The notes under the pieces were generated by a model. The model saw only the letters and a program-made list of their open reading frames with translations, did no database searches and was not told where the DNA came from. The position numbers were made by a program, and so were the translations under genes. Below are positions 47,226-56,778 of a stretch of 64,000 nt of DNA, piece after piece (position 1 is the first letter of the stretch; the number at the start of each line of letters is the position of its first letter). The stretch comes from an uncultured Gemmatimonadales bacterium (GTDB lineage: Bacteria; Gemmatimonadota; Gemmatimonadetes; Gemmatimonadales; GWC2-71-9), in the NCBI GenBank assembly GCA_963739455.1, contig CAVUAK010000001.1, positions 224,001 through 288,000 on the forward strand, given 5' to 3'.

Positions 47226-49273
47226 GCCTGGACGCGCGCCTTGTTGCCGCCCTTGCTGATCGCTACCGCATCGAGCGCGAGCTCGGTGAGGGCGGCATGG
47301 CTACCGTCTACCTCGCCCACGACCTCAAGCACAACCGTCCCGTCGCGATCAAGGTCCTCCGCCCCGAACTCGCCGCCGCACTCGGGGCAGACCGATTCCT
47401 CCGCGAAATCGAGACGACGGCTAATCTCCGCCACCCGAACATCCTCCCATTGTTTGACAGTGGTGCACTGCCGACTGACTCACGACTGCCGACTGACGAC
47501 TCACGACTGCTGTACTACGTCATGCCCTTCATCGACGGCGAGTCGCTCCGAGATCGCTTGAAGCGCGAGGGACAGCTGTCGATTCCCGATGCCCTCCAGG
47601 TCGCCCGCGAAGTGGCCGATGCCCTCGGGTATGCCCACAGCCGCAATGTCATCCATCGCGACATCAAGCCCGAGAACATCCTTCTCGAGCGGGGACATGC
47701 CGTCGTCGCTGATTTCGGCATCGCCCGGGCCGCGAGCACCGCTGGCGCCGGGAGGCTCACCCAGACCGGCATGGCTATCGGCACCCCGGCCTACATGAGC
47801 CCGGAGCAGTCAGTGGGCGAGTCGGATGTCGACGCCCGCAGCGACCTGTACGCGCTCGGTTGCGTGCTGTACGAAATGCTGGCTGGTGAGGCACCCTACA
47901 CCGGGCCGAATGCGCAGGCCATCATCGCCAAGCGTTTCATGGAGCCGGTGCCACGCATCTCCACCTTGCGGAGCACCGTTTCGCCTGCACTCGAGGCGGC
48001 CGTGAGTCGGCTCCTCGCCAGGTCGCCCGCCGATCGCTTTGCGACTGCGGATGAGTTCGTGAGGGCGCTCGACGATCCCGCGCCAGCCACGGTCACGGCG
48101 CCGGTGGTCGTTGAGGAGGGCTTCTGGATCGTGGTGATGCCCTTCCGGTTCAGCGGCGCGAGCACCGAGCTGACCGCACTGGCAGAAGGACTCACCGATG
48201 AGATCGTGGCTGGGCTGTCACGATTCTCGTATCTCCGCGTTTCGCTCGGCGAGAAGCCCGGCGCGCGCTATGTGATCGAGGGAACCCTTCGTCAGGCAGG
48301 CGCAGCCCTGCGGCTGTCGGTGCAGCTGGTGGACACGAACTCGCGCGCCCACGTGTGGGCCGAGACCTACGATCGTGCCTTCCAGTCGGGGGACATCTTC
48401 GTGCTGCAGGACGATCTCGTCCCCCGCATCGTCTCCACGGTGGCTGACGCACATGGCGCCCTCCCTCATACCCTGAGCGAAGCACTGCGCGGCAGGGATC
48501 CGGGTCTGCTCACGCCATACGAGGCCGTGTTGCGCAGCTTTGGCTACGGCTATCGCATGACGCCGGAAGAGCACGCTGCCGTGCGGGCCTGCCTGGAGAG
48601 AGCCGTCACGCAGGCGCCCGGCTACGCCGATGCCTGGGGCATGCTGTCGCTCGTGTATGCGGAGGAGTTCTCCAACGGGTTCAATGCGCGGCCCGATCCG
48701 CTCGGGCGTGCACTCCAGGCGGCTCGGCGCGCAGCCGACGCTGCACCGTCAAGCGCCCTGGCATACAACGCCCTGGCCCGGGCACTGTTCTTCCGGAAGG
48801 AGTTCCCCGCCTTCAGGGTCGCGGCGCAGCGTGCCATTGAACTCAATCCTTTCAACGGACCCACGCTCGCCGGCCTGGGTGGCATGGTGGCGTACGCCGG
48901 CGACTGGGAAGCTGGCTGCGCCCACGTCGAGCGGGCGTTGCGGCTCAACCCGCGACACCCCGGCGGCTACTGGTTCCCCCTGTACTACAATGCCTATCGT
49001 CAGGGGGACTACCGCGCTGCGCTGAACTTCGCCCTCAACATCGACCTCCCGGAATTCTTCGCGACGCACGAGGTCCTGGCCGCCGTCTATGGCCAGCTCG
49101 GGGAACGTGACGCGGCCGCGAGGAGCCTGCGGGAACTGCTCCGGCTGAAGCCCGACTTCGCCGCGACGATGCGCGAAGAAACCGGGAAGTGGCTCGATCG
49201 AGACCTCGTCGAGCACCAGGTCGATGGGCTTCGCAAGGCGGGACTGGAGCTTCCCGATGACATTGGACACTGA
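47222..49273 (+). CDS. Ser/Thr kinase K6, cytoplasmic: kinase + TolB_N-like + TPR
   Basis: ATG 47222 overlaps the upstream stop. Kinase motifs, IVVMPF...LSRFSYLRV...YVIEGTLR, TPRs and GLRKAGL end. Confidence 0.9.
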   Translation: MSLDARLVAALADRYRIERELGEGGMATVYLAHDLKHNRPVAIKVLRPELAAALGADRFLREIETTANLRHPNILPLFDSGALPTDSRLPTDDSRLLYYVMPFIDGESLRDRLKREGQLSIPDALQVAREVADALGYAHSRNVIHRDIKPENILLERGHAVVADFGIARAASTAGAGRLTQTGMAIGTPAYMSPEQSVGESDVDARSDLYALGCVLYEMLAGEAPYTGPNAQAIIAKRFMEPVPRISTLRSTVSPALEAAVSRLLARSPADRFATADEFVRALDDPAPATVTAPVVVEEGFWIVVMPFRFSGASTELTALAEGLTDEIVAGLSRFSYLRVSLGEKPGARYVIEGTLRQAGAALRLSVQLVDTNSRAHVWAETYDRAFQSGDIFVLQDDLVPRIVSTVADAHGALPHTLSEALRGRDPGLLTPYEAVLRSFGYGYRMTPEEHAAVRACLERAVTQAPGYADAWGMLSLVYAEEFSNGFNARPDPLGRALQAARRAADAAPSSALAYNALARALFFRKEFPAFRVAAQRAIELNPFNGPTLAGLGGMVAYAGDWEAGCAHVERALRLNPRHPGGYWFPLYYNAYRQGDYRAALNFALNIDLPEFFATHEVLAAVYGQLGERDAAARSLRELLRLKPDFAATMREETGKWLDRDLVEHQVDGLRKAGLELPDDIGH

Positions 49274-50825
49274 TGTTCTCATCGTCGGCGCCGGACCAAC
49301 GGGGCTGATGCTCGCCAATCAGCTCGCTCGCCGCGGCGTCCGCACCATGATCATCGATCGCCATCCTGCACCCGCCCGCGAGTCACGCGCGCTCGGCGTG
49401 CAGGCGCGCACCCTCGAGATCTACTCGCGCCTTGGCATCGTTGATCGCGCCCTCGCCCTCGGCCGCCGCGCGACCGGCGCCAACCTCTGGTCGAATGGAC
49501 GTCGCGCCGCGCGCGTTCCCCTCGGTGACATCGGGCGCGACGTGAGCCCCTATCCCTATCTCCTCATTCTCGGGCAGGACGACAACGAACGGATCCTGGG
49601 TGAGAACCTGGCCCAGTGGGACCTGAAGGTGCAGTGGAATACCGAACTGGTCGGCCTGGCGCAGGACGACAACACGGCGACGGCCACGCTGAAGCACGCG
49701 GATGGAACGCTCCACCAGGTTACCGCCGCGTGGGTGGCAGGGTGCGACGGCGCCCGCAGCGCCGTGCGCAGCCTGACAGGCATCGCGTTCGACGGCGCGC
49801 CGTATGAGCACGTGTTCTTCGTCGCCGATATCGAGGCGACCGGCAACATGGTGCCGGATGAACTCAACATCTACCTGTGGCGGGAGGGGTTTCACCTTCT
49901 CTTCCCGATGCGCGGCACCAACCACTGGCGCCTCGTGGGAATCCTGCCGCCGGAGCTGCGCGACAGGGACGACCTGGTGTTCGACGAAGTCATTCCGTCG
50001 ATACACCAGCAGGCGGGAACCGGCTTGGTCTTCAAGTCGTGCGACTGGTTCTCCACCTACCGCATTCACCATCGCCGGGCCGCCCGCTTTCGCGACCGCC
50101 GCTGCTTCCTCCTCGGCGACGCGGCACACATCCACAGTCCCGTGGGTGCACAGGGCATGAACACCGGCCTGCAGGACGCGTACAACCTGGCGTGGAAGCT
50201 TGCCCTCGTCGTGGCGGGTCGCGCGGCGCCCGCGCTGCTCGATTCCTATGAGGAAGAGCGCATTCCAGTCGCCAGGCGACTGCTCGACACCACCGACCGC
50301 GCCTTCTCGCTCATTGTGTCCGCGAGTCCGCTCGCCGCCCTGCTGCGCTCGACCGTACTCGCAAGAGTTGGTGCGTTCGCCATGCGCTTCGAGCGGGTCC
50401 GGATGTTCGCCTTCCTCACCATCTCGCAGACCGGTATCGAGTACCGCGCCAGCTCGTTGTCCCGGACGCTGCCGGGTTTGCCGGCCGCGGCGCCTCAGGC
50501 CGGCGATCGCTTCCCCTGGGTCAGGCTCAAGCTCGAGCAGGATGCTGAGGCCACAAGCCTGTTCGACGAGATCGACGACACGCGCTTCACCCTCCTCCTG
50601 TTTGGCCAGCAGCAACCCACGACAGTCATACCCGAACTCGACGACATGCTCGACACGATTGTGATCCCAGCTGACCTGGCCAACGTCCGGGAACTGGCCC
50701 GCGTCCAGGTTTCCCGGCCTTCGTTCTATCTTCTCCGCCCCGACGGCCACATCGCGCTCGCCGGGACGATATTCGATGCCGCCACAGTGGCCGACTATCT
50801 GGCTGTCATTGCGAGGCCCGCGTAG
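49257..50825 (+). CDS. FAD-dependent monooxygenase (PheA/TfdB-like)
   Basis: VLIVGAGPTGL, GCDGARS and LLGDAAHIHSPVGAQGMNTGLQDA motifs. Confidence 0.92.
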   Translation: MTLDTDVLIVGAGPTGLMLANQLARRGVRTMIIDRHPAPARESRALGVQARTLEIYSRLGIVDRALALGRRATGANLWSNGRRAARVPLGDIGRDVSPYPYLLILGQDDNERILGENLAQWDLKVQWNTELVGLAQDDNTATATLKHADGTLHQVTAAWVAGCDGARSAVRSLTGIAFDGAPYEHVFFVADIEATGNMVPDELNIYLWREGFHLLFPMRGTNHWRLVGILPPELRDRDDLVFDEVIPSIHQQAGTGLVFKSCDWFSTYRIHHRRAARFRDRRCFLLGDAAHIHSPVGAQGMNTGLQDAYNLAWKLALVVAGRAAPALLDSYEEERIPVARRLLDTTDRAFSLIVSASPLAALLRSTVLARVGAFAMRFERVRMFAFLTISQTGIEYRASSLSRTLPGLPAAAPQAGDRFPWVRLKLEQDAEATSLFDEIDDTRFTLLLFGQQQPTTVIPELDDMLDTIVIPADLANVRELARVQVSRPSFYLLRPDGHIALAGTIFDAATVADYLAVIARPA

Positions 50826-50859
50826 CGGGCCGCGGCAATCCCGTGAAATCAGCTTCGAT

Positions 50860-51672
50860 CTAGTTCACCGTAAACACCTGGCTCATCCCCCGCTCGGCAT
50901 GATTCTGCTTCTCTCCTTCCTTCTGGAAGAAGCAGAACATCCGGTACGTGCCCGGCGTGAATGTCGCCGTCATCACTGTCGTGTCCCCCGGGGTCAGGTC
51001 CGCCACGCCGCCGTAATTCTCCCACGGTGACGGCCCCTTCGGGTCGGCGCTGTCGGCCCGCGCCTTCGCCTGCTCCAGCGTGAACCCGTCCTTGAGCCGG
51101 GAAATGATCATTTCGTGCGGCTCGTCGCTCGTGTTGACCGCGCGAATGACCTGGGGCCCCGCGCTGATTGGCTTGGACACATTGAACCCGAAGCTGATCA
51201 GCTGCACCTCCAGGTCCGGTTGGGGCGGGGCGGCCGCGAGCGTCGGACCCCGCACAATGATTTCCCTTATCATGCCCTTCGCGAAGTGCGGCTCATGGTC
51301 GGGCGCGCTGAAGTAGCACAGCATCACGTACACCCCGGGCTCCAGCTTCAAGGTGTAGGTCGGGCTCGTGCCTGACTTCGACGTGACGCCACCACCAACC
51401 GACTTCACCCACGAGGAGTCGTACGCGCTTTCACCAACCGCCAGCAGGTCGTTGATGCGCTTGCCCTGTTCCAGTCGCAGCAGGTCCAGCACATGCGCCG
51501 CATCGCTGGCCAGCTTGAGCTTCAGGGTGACGGTTCCGGCCGGGATCGTGTCAGGTCCCTGGAAGAAGTAGTCGCCCAGGGTGTACTCGATCACCGGCGG
51601 AGTCTTCACCAGCGGCTCACCCTTGCACGCCAGCACGCTTCCGAGCAGCACCAGGCATACAGTCGCTCGCAT
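50860..51672 (-). CDS. Lipoprotein with two cupredoxin-like domains
   Basis: Lipobox VLAC and two repeats: H...PGVYVMLCYF...HFAKGM and H...PGTYRMFCFF...HAERGM. Confidence 0.7.
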   Translation of the reverse strand: MRATVCLVLLGSVLACKGEPLVKTPPVIEYTLGDYFFQGPDTIPAGTVTLKLKLASDAAHVLDLLRLEQGKRINDLLAVGESAYDSSWVKSVGGGVTSKSGTSPTYTLKLEPGVYVMLCYFSAPDHEPHFAKGMIREIIVRGPTLAAAPPQPDLEVQLISFGFNVSKPISAGPQVIRAVNTSDEPHEMIISRLKDGFTLEQAKARADSADPKGPSPWENYGGVADLTPGDTTVMTATFTPGTYRMFCFFQKEGEKQNHAERGMSQVFTVN

Positions 51673-51711
51673 GAATCCTCTTTGTTGAAGTGGCGGAACC
51701 AAATACTAGCG

Positions 51712-51749
51712 TCCTCCCCGTCCTCCCCGCCCTCCCCGCCCTCCCCGCC
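51712..51749. repeat. (CCTCCCCGC)n nonamer array
   Basis: Four units in the divergent intergenic region. Confidence 0.85.
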
Positions 51750-51862
51750 ATATTATCCCCATGCCCAAACCCCGACTCGCCGCCATACTCTCCGACATCC
51801 AGTTCTGGGTCCCCTTCGCCGTCCTGCTCACCGGCGCCCTGATCCTCGTTCTGGGTCAGCCG

Positions 51863-53135
51863 ATGAGTACCTGGCCCGCTGACCTCGACGGACGCCGTCG
51901 CGCGCTCCGCACCGCCGGTCTCCTGAGTGGTGTTGCTGCCGGGGCCTGGCTCGGTGCCGCCGAGGCGCCCGCCAAGCTCGTCGCCACCGGCCTGAGTCCC
52001 GTCACCGTCTCGCTCGTCATGGTGTGCGGCGTCTTCCTCGCCCGCTGGAGCGTGCCCGCCCTGCTGCAGGGAACCTCCGCGGTCGGCGCCGACGTGAAGC
52101 AGGCCCCGCATCTCGTCATCTGGGCCATACTCGCCGGCAGCCTCTGGTCCATCGCCAACACCCTCACCGTCTACGCCATTCGCGATGTCGGCCTGAGCAT
52201 CGCGTTCCCGCTGTGGAACTCGAACAGCCTCCTCGGCATCCTCTGGGGCGCCCTCTTCTTCGGGGAGCTGCGCGGTGCCACCGGCGGCCAGCGCACGCGC
52301 GTCATCGGCGGCACCATCGCGATGTGCATCGGCGCCACGCTCCTCGCACTCGCCTCCACCCACGAGGCGGCGCACGGCTCTGCCGCCCGCGGCGTCATCG
52401 CGGCACTCGGTGCCGGCGCACTCTGGGGAACGATGTACATCCCCTACCGGAAGGCGTACCTCACCGGCATGTCGCCGTTGGCGTTCATCACCTTCTTCAC
52501 CGTGGGTGAGCTCGCCTGCATGGGCATCATCGCCCTCACCATCAATGGCGCATCGGTCACCGCCACCGAGCTCGCCGCCGCCCGCGGCGTCCTCTTCTGG
52601 CTCATGCTCGGCGGCTTCATCTGGGTCATCGGTGACCTCTTCCAGCAGTATGCCGCCAAGTACGTCGGCATCAGCCGCGGCATTCCGCTCTCGAATACCA
52701 ACCAGCTCTGGGGACTCCTCTGGGGAACGCTCGTGTTCGGCGAACTCCGCCAGGGCGGCGTCTCCCTGCCCCTCGTCATCATCGGTTCGCTCACCATGGC
52801 CACTCGGCGCCGCCGCCGTTGCCCTCGCCACCACCGGCGATACCGAGCACGGGCGATGGCAGGAGGCCGCTGAGCGCGAAGCCCGTCGCTATGGCGTCGA
52901 TATCGAGTGGGTTCGCGCCCGCCTCCTCGGCACTGCCTCCGAACCCGCGCGACGGACATGGATTGACTGGACCTTGGTGGCAATTTCTACGGCAGTGTTC
53001 GTTTTTCTTGCACGCCAGGCCGAGGCTCCGGCGCTCGCCATGGACCTGCGCTGGGTAGTCATCCTGTGTATTGTGTCGGTCGCGCTGCTCGTGGCTGCGG
53101 GATGGATCCTGTGGCGAACGACCAGGTTCAATTGA
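51863..53135 (+). CDS. GRP-family (DMT superfamily) sugar transporter (frameshift near 52800)
   Basis: About 10-12 TM, with GLSIAFPLWNSNSLLGILWG and GISRGIPLSNTNQLWG repeats. The C-terminus continues in the 52275 frame. Confidence 0.8.
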
Positions 53136-53180
53136 GAGTAGGAGGCGGGAGGGCGGGGCGCCCCTCAGGACTGGCGCAGC

Positions 53181-53230
53181 TCACGACTCACGACCCACGA
53201 CTCACGACCCACGACCCACGACCCACGACC
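53181..53230. repeat. (CACGACT/CACGACC)x7 heptamer array
   Basis: TCACGACTCACGACCCACGACTCACGACCCACGACCCACGACCCACGACC. Confidence 0.92.
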
Positions 53231-53240
53231 GAGGTTCCGC

Positions 53241-54075
53241 GTGATCGATATCGCCCAGTTCCATCCCCAGTTCGTCCACTTCGTCGTCGCACTCGGCGTT
53301 GCCGGCGTCATTTTTCGCCTCATCTCCCTCACCGGCAAGGCGACGTGGACCAATCCCGCCGCCACCACCCTCCTCCTTGTCGCCGCGCTGTTCAGCATGG
53401 CCGCGGTCAAGTCAGGCGCCGAGGCCCACGGACCCGCCGAGCGCGTCCCTGGCGCTCGTGACGCCGTTGAGGAGCACGAGGAACTCGGCGAGCGCACCCG
53501 CAATCTCTTCCTTCTCGTCGCCGCACTCGAGCTCGCCGCGATCGCCTTCAAGCAGCGCCACAACTGGCAGCGCGGATTTCGCGTCGCTTCCGGCATCGGT
53601 GGCATTGCCGCCGCCTTCACGCTCTACCAGGCCGGCGAGGCGGGCGGCAAGCTCGTCTATTCGTATGCCGGTGGTGTTGGTCTTCGGAGCGGCGACCCCG
53701 CCGACGTCCAGCGCCTCCTCGTGGCCGGCCTCTATCATCAGGCCCGCGCCGCTCGCGCCGCTGGCAAGCACGCCGAGGCCGCGCGCCTCATCGACGAGCT
53801 CGCCCTCCAGCGCCCCGACGATCCGTCGATTGTTTATCTGTCGGTCGAATCCATGATCCGCGATCGCCAGGATGCCGCGGGAGCACTCGTCGTCCTCGCC
53901 GCCCAGGCTCCAGCCGGCCGACAACACCCGCCTCAACATCCAGAAGGGCCTGCTCACCAGCGAGGCCTTCGACTCGCTTGGCCAGCCCGACTCCGCCCGC
54001 GCCACGCTCCAGGCGCTCGCGACCCAGTTCCCCAAGAACCGCTTCATCGCCGAGGCCGTCGCGAAGCACCAATAG
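53241..54075 (+). CDS. DUF2231-like membrane protein with C-terminal TPR-like region (frameshift near 53910)
   Basis: HPQFVHF, EEHEELG and GGKLVYSYAGG motifs. The C-terminus continues in the 53872 frame. Confidence 0.7.
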
Positions 54076-54096
54076 GGGGCCTAGATTCCATCCTCT

Positions 54097-56778
54097 GTGA
54101 CAGCCCCCATTGTCAGGCTCCGAGATGCACTTAGCGACCGCTACCAGCTCGAATCCGAGCTCGGAGCGGGCGGAATGGCCACCGTATATCTCGCACAGGA
54201 CCTGAAGCACGGTCGGCAGGTCGCCATCAAGGTCCTTCACCCAGAGCTCGCGGCCGTCATCGGCGCCGATCGCTTCCTCGCCGAGATCAAGGTCACCGCC
54301 AGCCTCCAGCACCCCCACATCCTGCCGCTCTTCGACAGTGGTGCCATCTCCGCAGATGGACGGCTGTCGACTGACGGCTCACTGACGACTCACGACTCAC
54401 GACTGCTGTTCTACGTCATGCCCTATGTCCAGGGCGAGTCGCTCCGCGGCCGGCTCAACCACGATCGCCAGCTTCCCGTTCCCGACGCTGTCCGGATCGC
54501 GACTGAAGTCGCCAGTGCACTCGACTACGCCCATCGCCGCGGCGTCATCCATCGCGACATCAAGCCCGAGAATATCCTCCTGCACGACGGCACCGCGCTG
54601 GTGGCCGACTTCGGCATCGCGCTCGCCCTCACCGCGGCGGGCGGCGGACGCCTGACGCAGACTGGCCTCTCGCTCGGCACGCCAGCCTACATGAGTCCCG
54701 AGCAGGCCATGGGCGAGCGCGACATTGGCGCACGCAGCGATGTCTACGCCCTTGGCGCCATCACCTACGAGATGCTCACCGGCGAGCCCCCCTTCACCGG
54801 GCCCACGGCACAGGCCATCGTGGCCCGCACACTGACGGAAGCTCCGCGCCCCATCTCGCCGCAGCGCAAGAGCGTGCCGCCGTCGGTCGAGAACGCCGTG
54901 CTCACCGCGCTCGAGAAGCTCCCCGCCGATCGCTACGCGACCGCGAAGGAGTTCAGCGACGCCCTCGCCGACGAGAAGGCAAGACCGCGCTCCGGCAAGG
55001 GGAGCACGGTGCAGATGCGGCAGCACACCTGCCGCTCCTGCCGCCCGGTGGGGGTGGGTGGTGGGCGGTGCCGCCGCCGTTGCCGGTGCGATTGCTCTCG
55101 GCATGGCCCTGGGTCGGAGCACCGGCAACGCTGCCGCCTCCACCGCGGGCCCCGTCCGCTTCAGCCTGCCCGAGCTCAACAACGTCGGGTACTTCTCCGT
55201 CGCACCCGACGGTCGCCAGATCCTCGGCGTCTCGCCCGACTCGAGCGGAGTGCTTCACGGCTGGATCCGGAAGCTCGACGATCTCCAGCCGTCCGGCCCT
55301 CTCTGGCACCGCAGGCGCGGAGCGCGTCTGGCTTTCGCCTGACGGCAAGCAGGTGGTCATGCGCGTCGGCGGAGCGCTCAAGCTCCTGCCGCTGTCTGGA
55401 GGGACAGCCCGCGAACTCGACCCAGGTGCGCGGCTATGTCACCGCCGAGTGGGGACCGCAGGACAGCATCGCGGTGGTGAGTGGAGCCGACCTCCTGCTC
55501 GTGCCGGCGCTGGGCGGGCAGCCGCGGGTCATCGCCACGGTTGATAGCGCGGCAGGAGATATCTCCTTTTACATCCCGCGTTTCCTGCCCGGTGGCCGCC
55601 AGCTCCTGGTTGGCCTACGTCACGCGCTCGACTCCATCGCGCTCTACCAGATGGACATCGCGACCGGCAAGCGCGACCATGTGCTGCCAAACGTCCAGGA
55701 GGCGCGCTTCTACGAACCGGGCCGTCTCCTGTGGCTCGACGCCGATGGGACTGTTCGCTACGCGACGTATGACCCGGGCACGAGGAAGGTTGGCGCCAGC
55801 CAGGTCGGCGTGGCCGAGGGCATGGATGACTTCTACGCCAATGGCGATCTCGTGGTGCTCCGGCCCGGCCTGCCCAACCGCAACCTGCGCTTCTACAACG
55901 AGCGGCTTGGCACCAGCACCGAGGTCGCGTATCCCGACAGTACGGTCAGCGTTCCGGTGTTCTCGTACGATGGCTCCCGTCTCGCCATGTCGATCACGCC
56001 GAGCACCGAGCTTCGCAGCGTGCAGCGGGCCGATCAGGCGCGGGGCACCGACCTCTGGATCCTCGACCGCGCCACCGGGTTGCGCCGCCGCGTCGCTGAG
56101 CAGGCATTTGGCGCCGCCTGGTCGCCCGACGACCAGCGCATCGCTTTCACGCGCACCAACGTGGGCAGCAGTGACCTCTGGATTGCGCCGTCGGCGGGTG
56201 GCGAACCGGTGCGGATCGGCAACGAGAAGACCCGCAAGTTCGGGCTGACCTTCACGCCAGATGGACAGGCGCTCGTCTATGCCCAGCTGCCGACCAATCG
56301 CATTACGATCCAGCCGCTGGCGGCCAGTGCCCCGGCGACGGCACTGTTCGACGACGACGCCGGTGCGGAGGGCGACGCCACCTTCTCGCCCGACGGGAAG
56401 TGGCTGCTCTACCAGACCTTCGACGGACTGAGTGGGCGCGCGGTGGTGCGGGCCTGGCCCGGTCTCGATCGACGCACCGTCATCATGACGGTGGGAAACT
56501 GTGGCGCACACTGGGGCGACCACGGCACGCGCATCTATGGCTGCACGCCCGATGGCAAGGTGGCCTGGATCGGGTTCGACCCGGCCACCGGCCGTCCCGT
56601 CGGCTCCCCGCAGCCGGTGCCGCAGGTGACCCAGAGCGAGCCCGACTTCGACGTGAACCCGACCGGCCTCGACATCGCCTGGATCTCTGCCCCACCGCGC
56701 TTCGGCACCGAGCCCGTCGTGCTCGCGCACTGGCTCGCCGACGCCGAGCGTCGCCTTCAGGGACTGGGGAAGAGATGA
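54097..56778 (+). CDS. Ser/Thr kinase K7 with TM and beta-propeller (three compensating frameshifts near 55030, 55300, 55425)
   Basis: Kinase motifs are intact. The real TM (WVVGGAAAVAGAIALGMAL) and first propeller blades lie in the alternative frames at 55058 and 55068. Confidence 0.85.
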   Translation: MTAPIVRLRDALSDRYQLESELGAGGMATVYLAQDLKHGRQVAIKVLHPELAAVIGADRFLAEIKVTASLQHPHILPLFDSGAISADGRLSTDGSLTTHDSRLLFYVMPYVQGESLRGRLNHDRQLPVPDAVRIATEVASALDYAHRRGVIHRDIKPENILLHDGTALVADFGIALALTAAGGGRLTQTGLSLGTPAYMSPEQAMGERDIGARSDVYALGAITYEMLTGEPPFTGPTAQAIVARTLTEAPRPISPQRKSVPPSVENAVLTALEKLPADRYATAKEFSDALADEKARPRSGKGSTVQMRQHTCRSCRPVGVGGGRCRRRCRCDCSRHGPGSEHRQRCRLHRGPRPLQPARAQQRRVLLRRTRRSPDPRRLARLERSASRLDPEARRSPAVRPSLAPQARSASGFRLTASRWSCASAERSSSCRCLEGQPANSTQVRGYVTAEWGPQDSIAVVSGADLLLVPALGGQPRVIATVDSAAGDISFYIPRFLPGGRQLLVGLRHALDSIALYQMDIATGKRDHVLPNVQEARFYEPGRLLWLDADGTVRYATYDPGTRKVGASQVGVAEGMDDFYANGDLVVLRPGLPNRNLRFYNERLGTSTEVAYPDSTVSVPVFSYDGSRLAMSITPSTELRSVQRADQARGTDLWILDRATGLRRRVAEQAFGAAWSPDDQRIAFTRTNVGSSDLWIAPSAGGEPVRIGNEKTRKFGLTFTPDGQALVYAQLPTNRITIQPLAASAPATALFDDDAGAEGDATFSPDGKWLLYQTFDGLSGRAVVRAWPGLDRRTVIMTVGNCGAHWGDHGTRIYGCTPDGKVAWIGFDPATGRPVGSPQPVPQVTQSEPDFDVNPTGLDIAWISAPPRFGTEPVVLAHWLADAERRLQGLGKR

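Noticed and set aside
53181..53230. Tandem repeats (also 1882, 63208) as a CRISPR array
   Set aside because: The units are 7-9 bp or directly abutting 37-mers with no unique spacers, and there are no cas genes.
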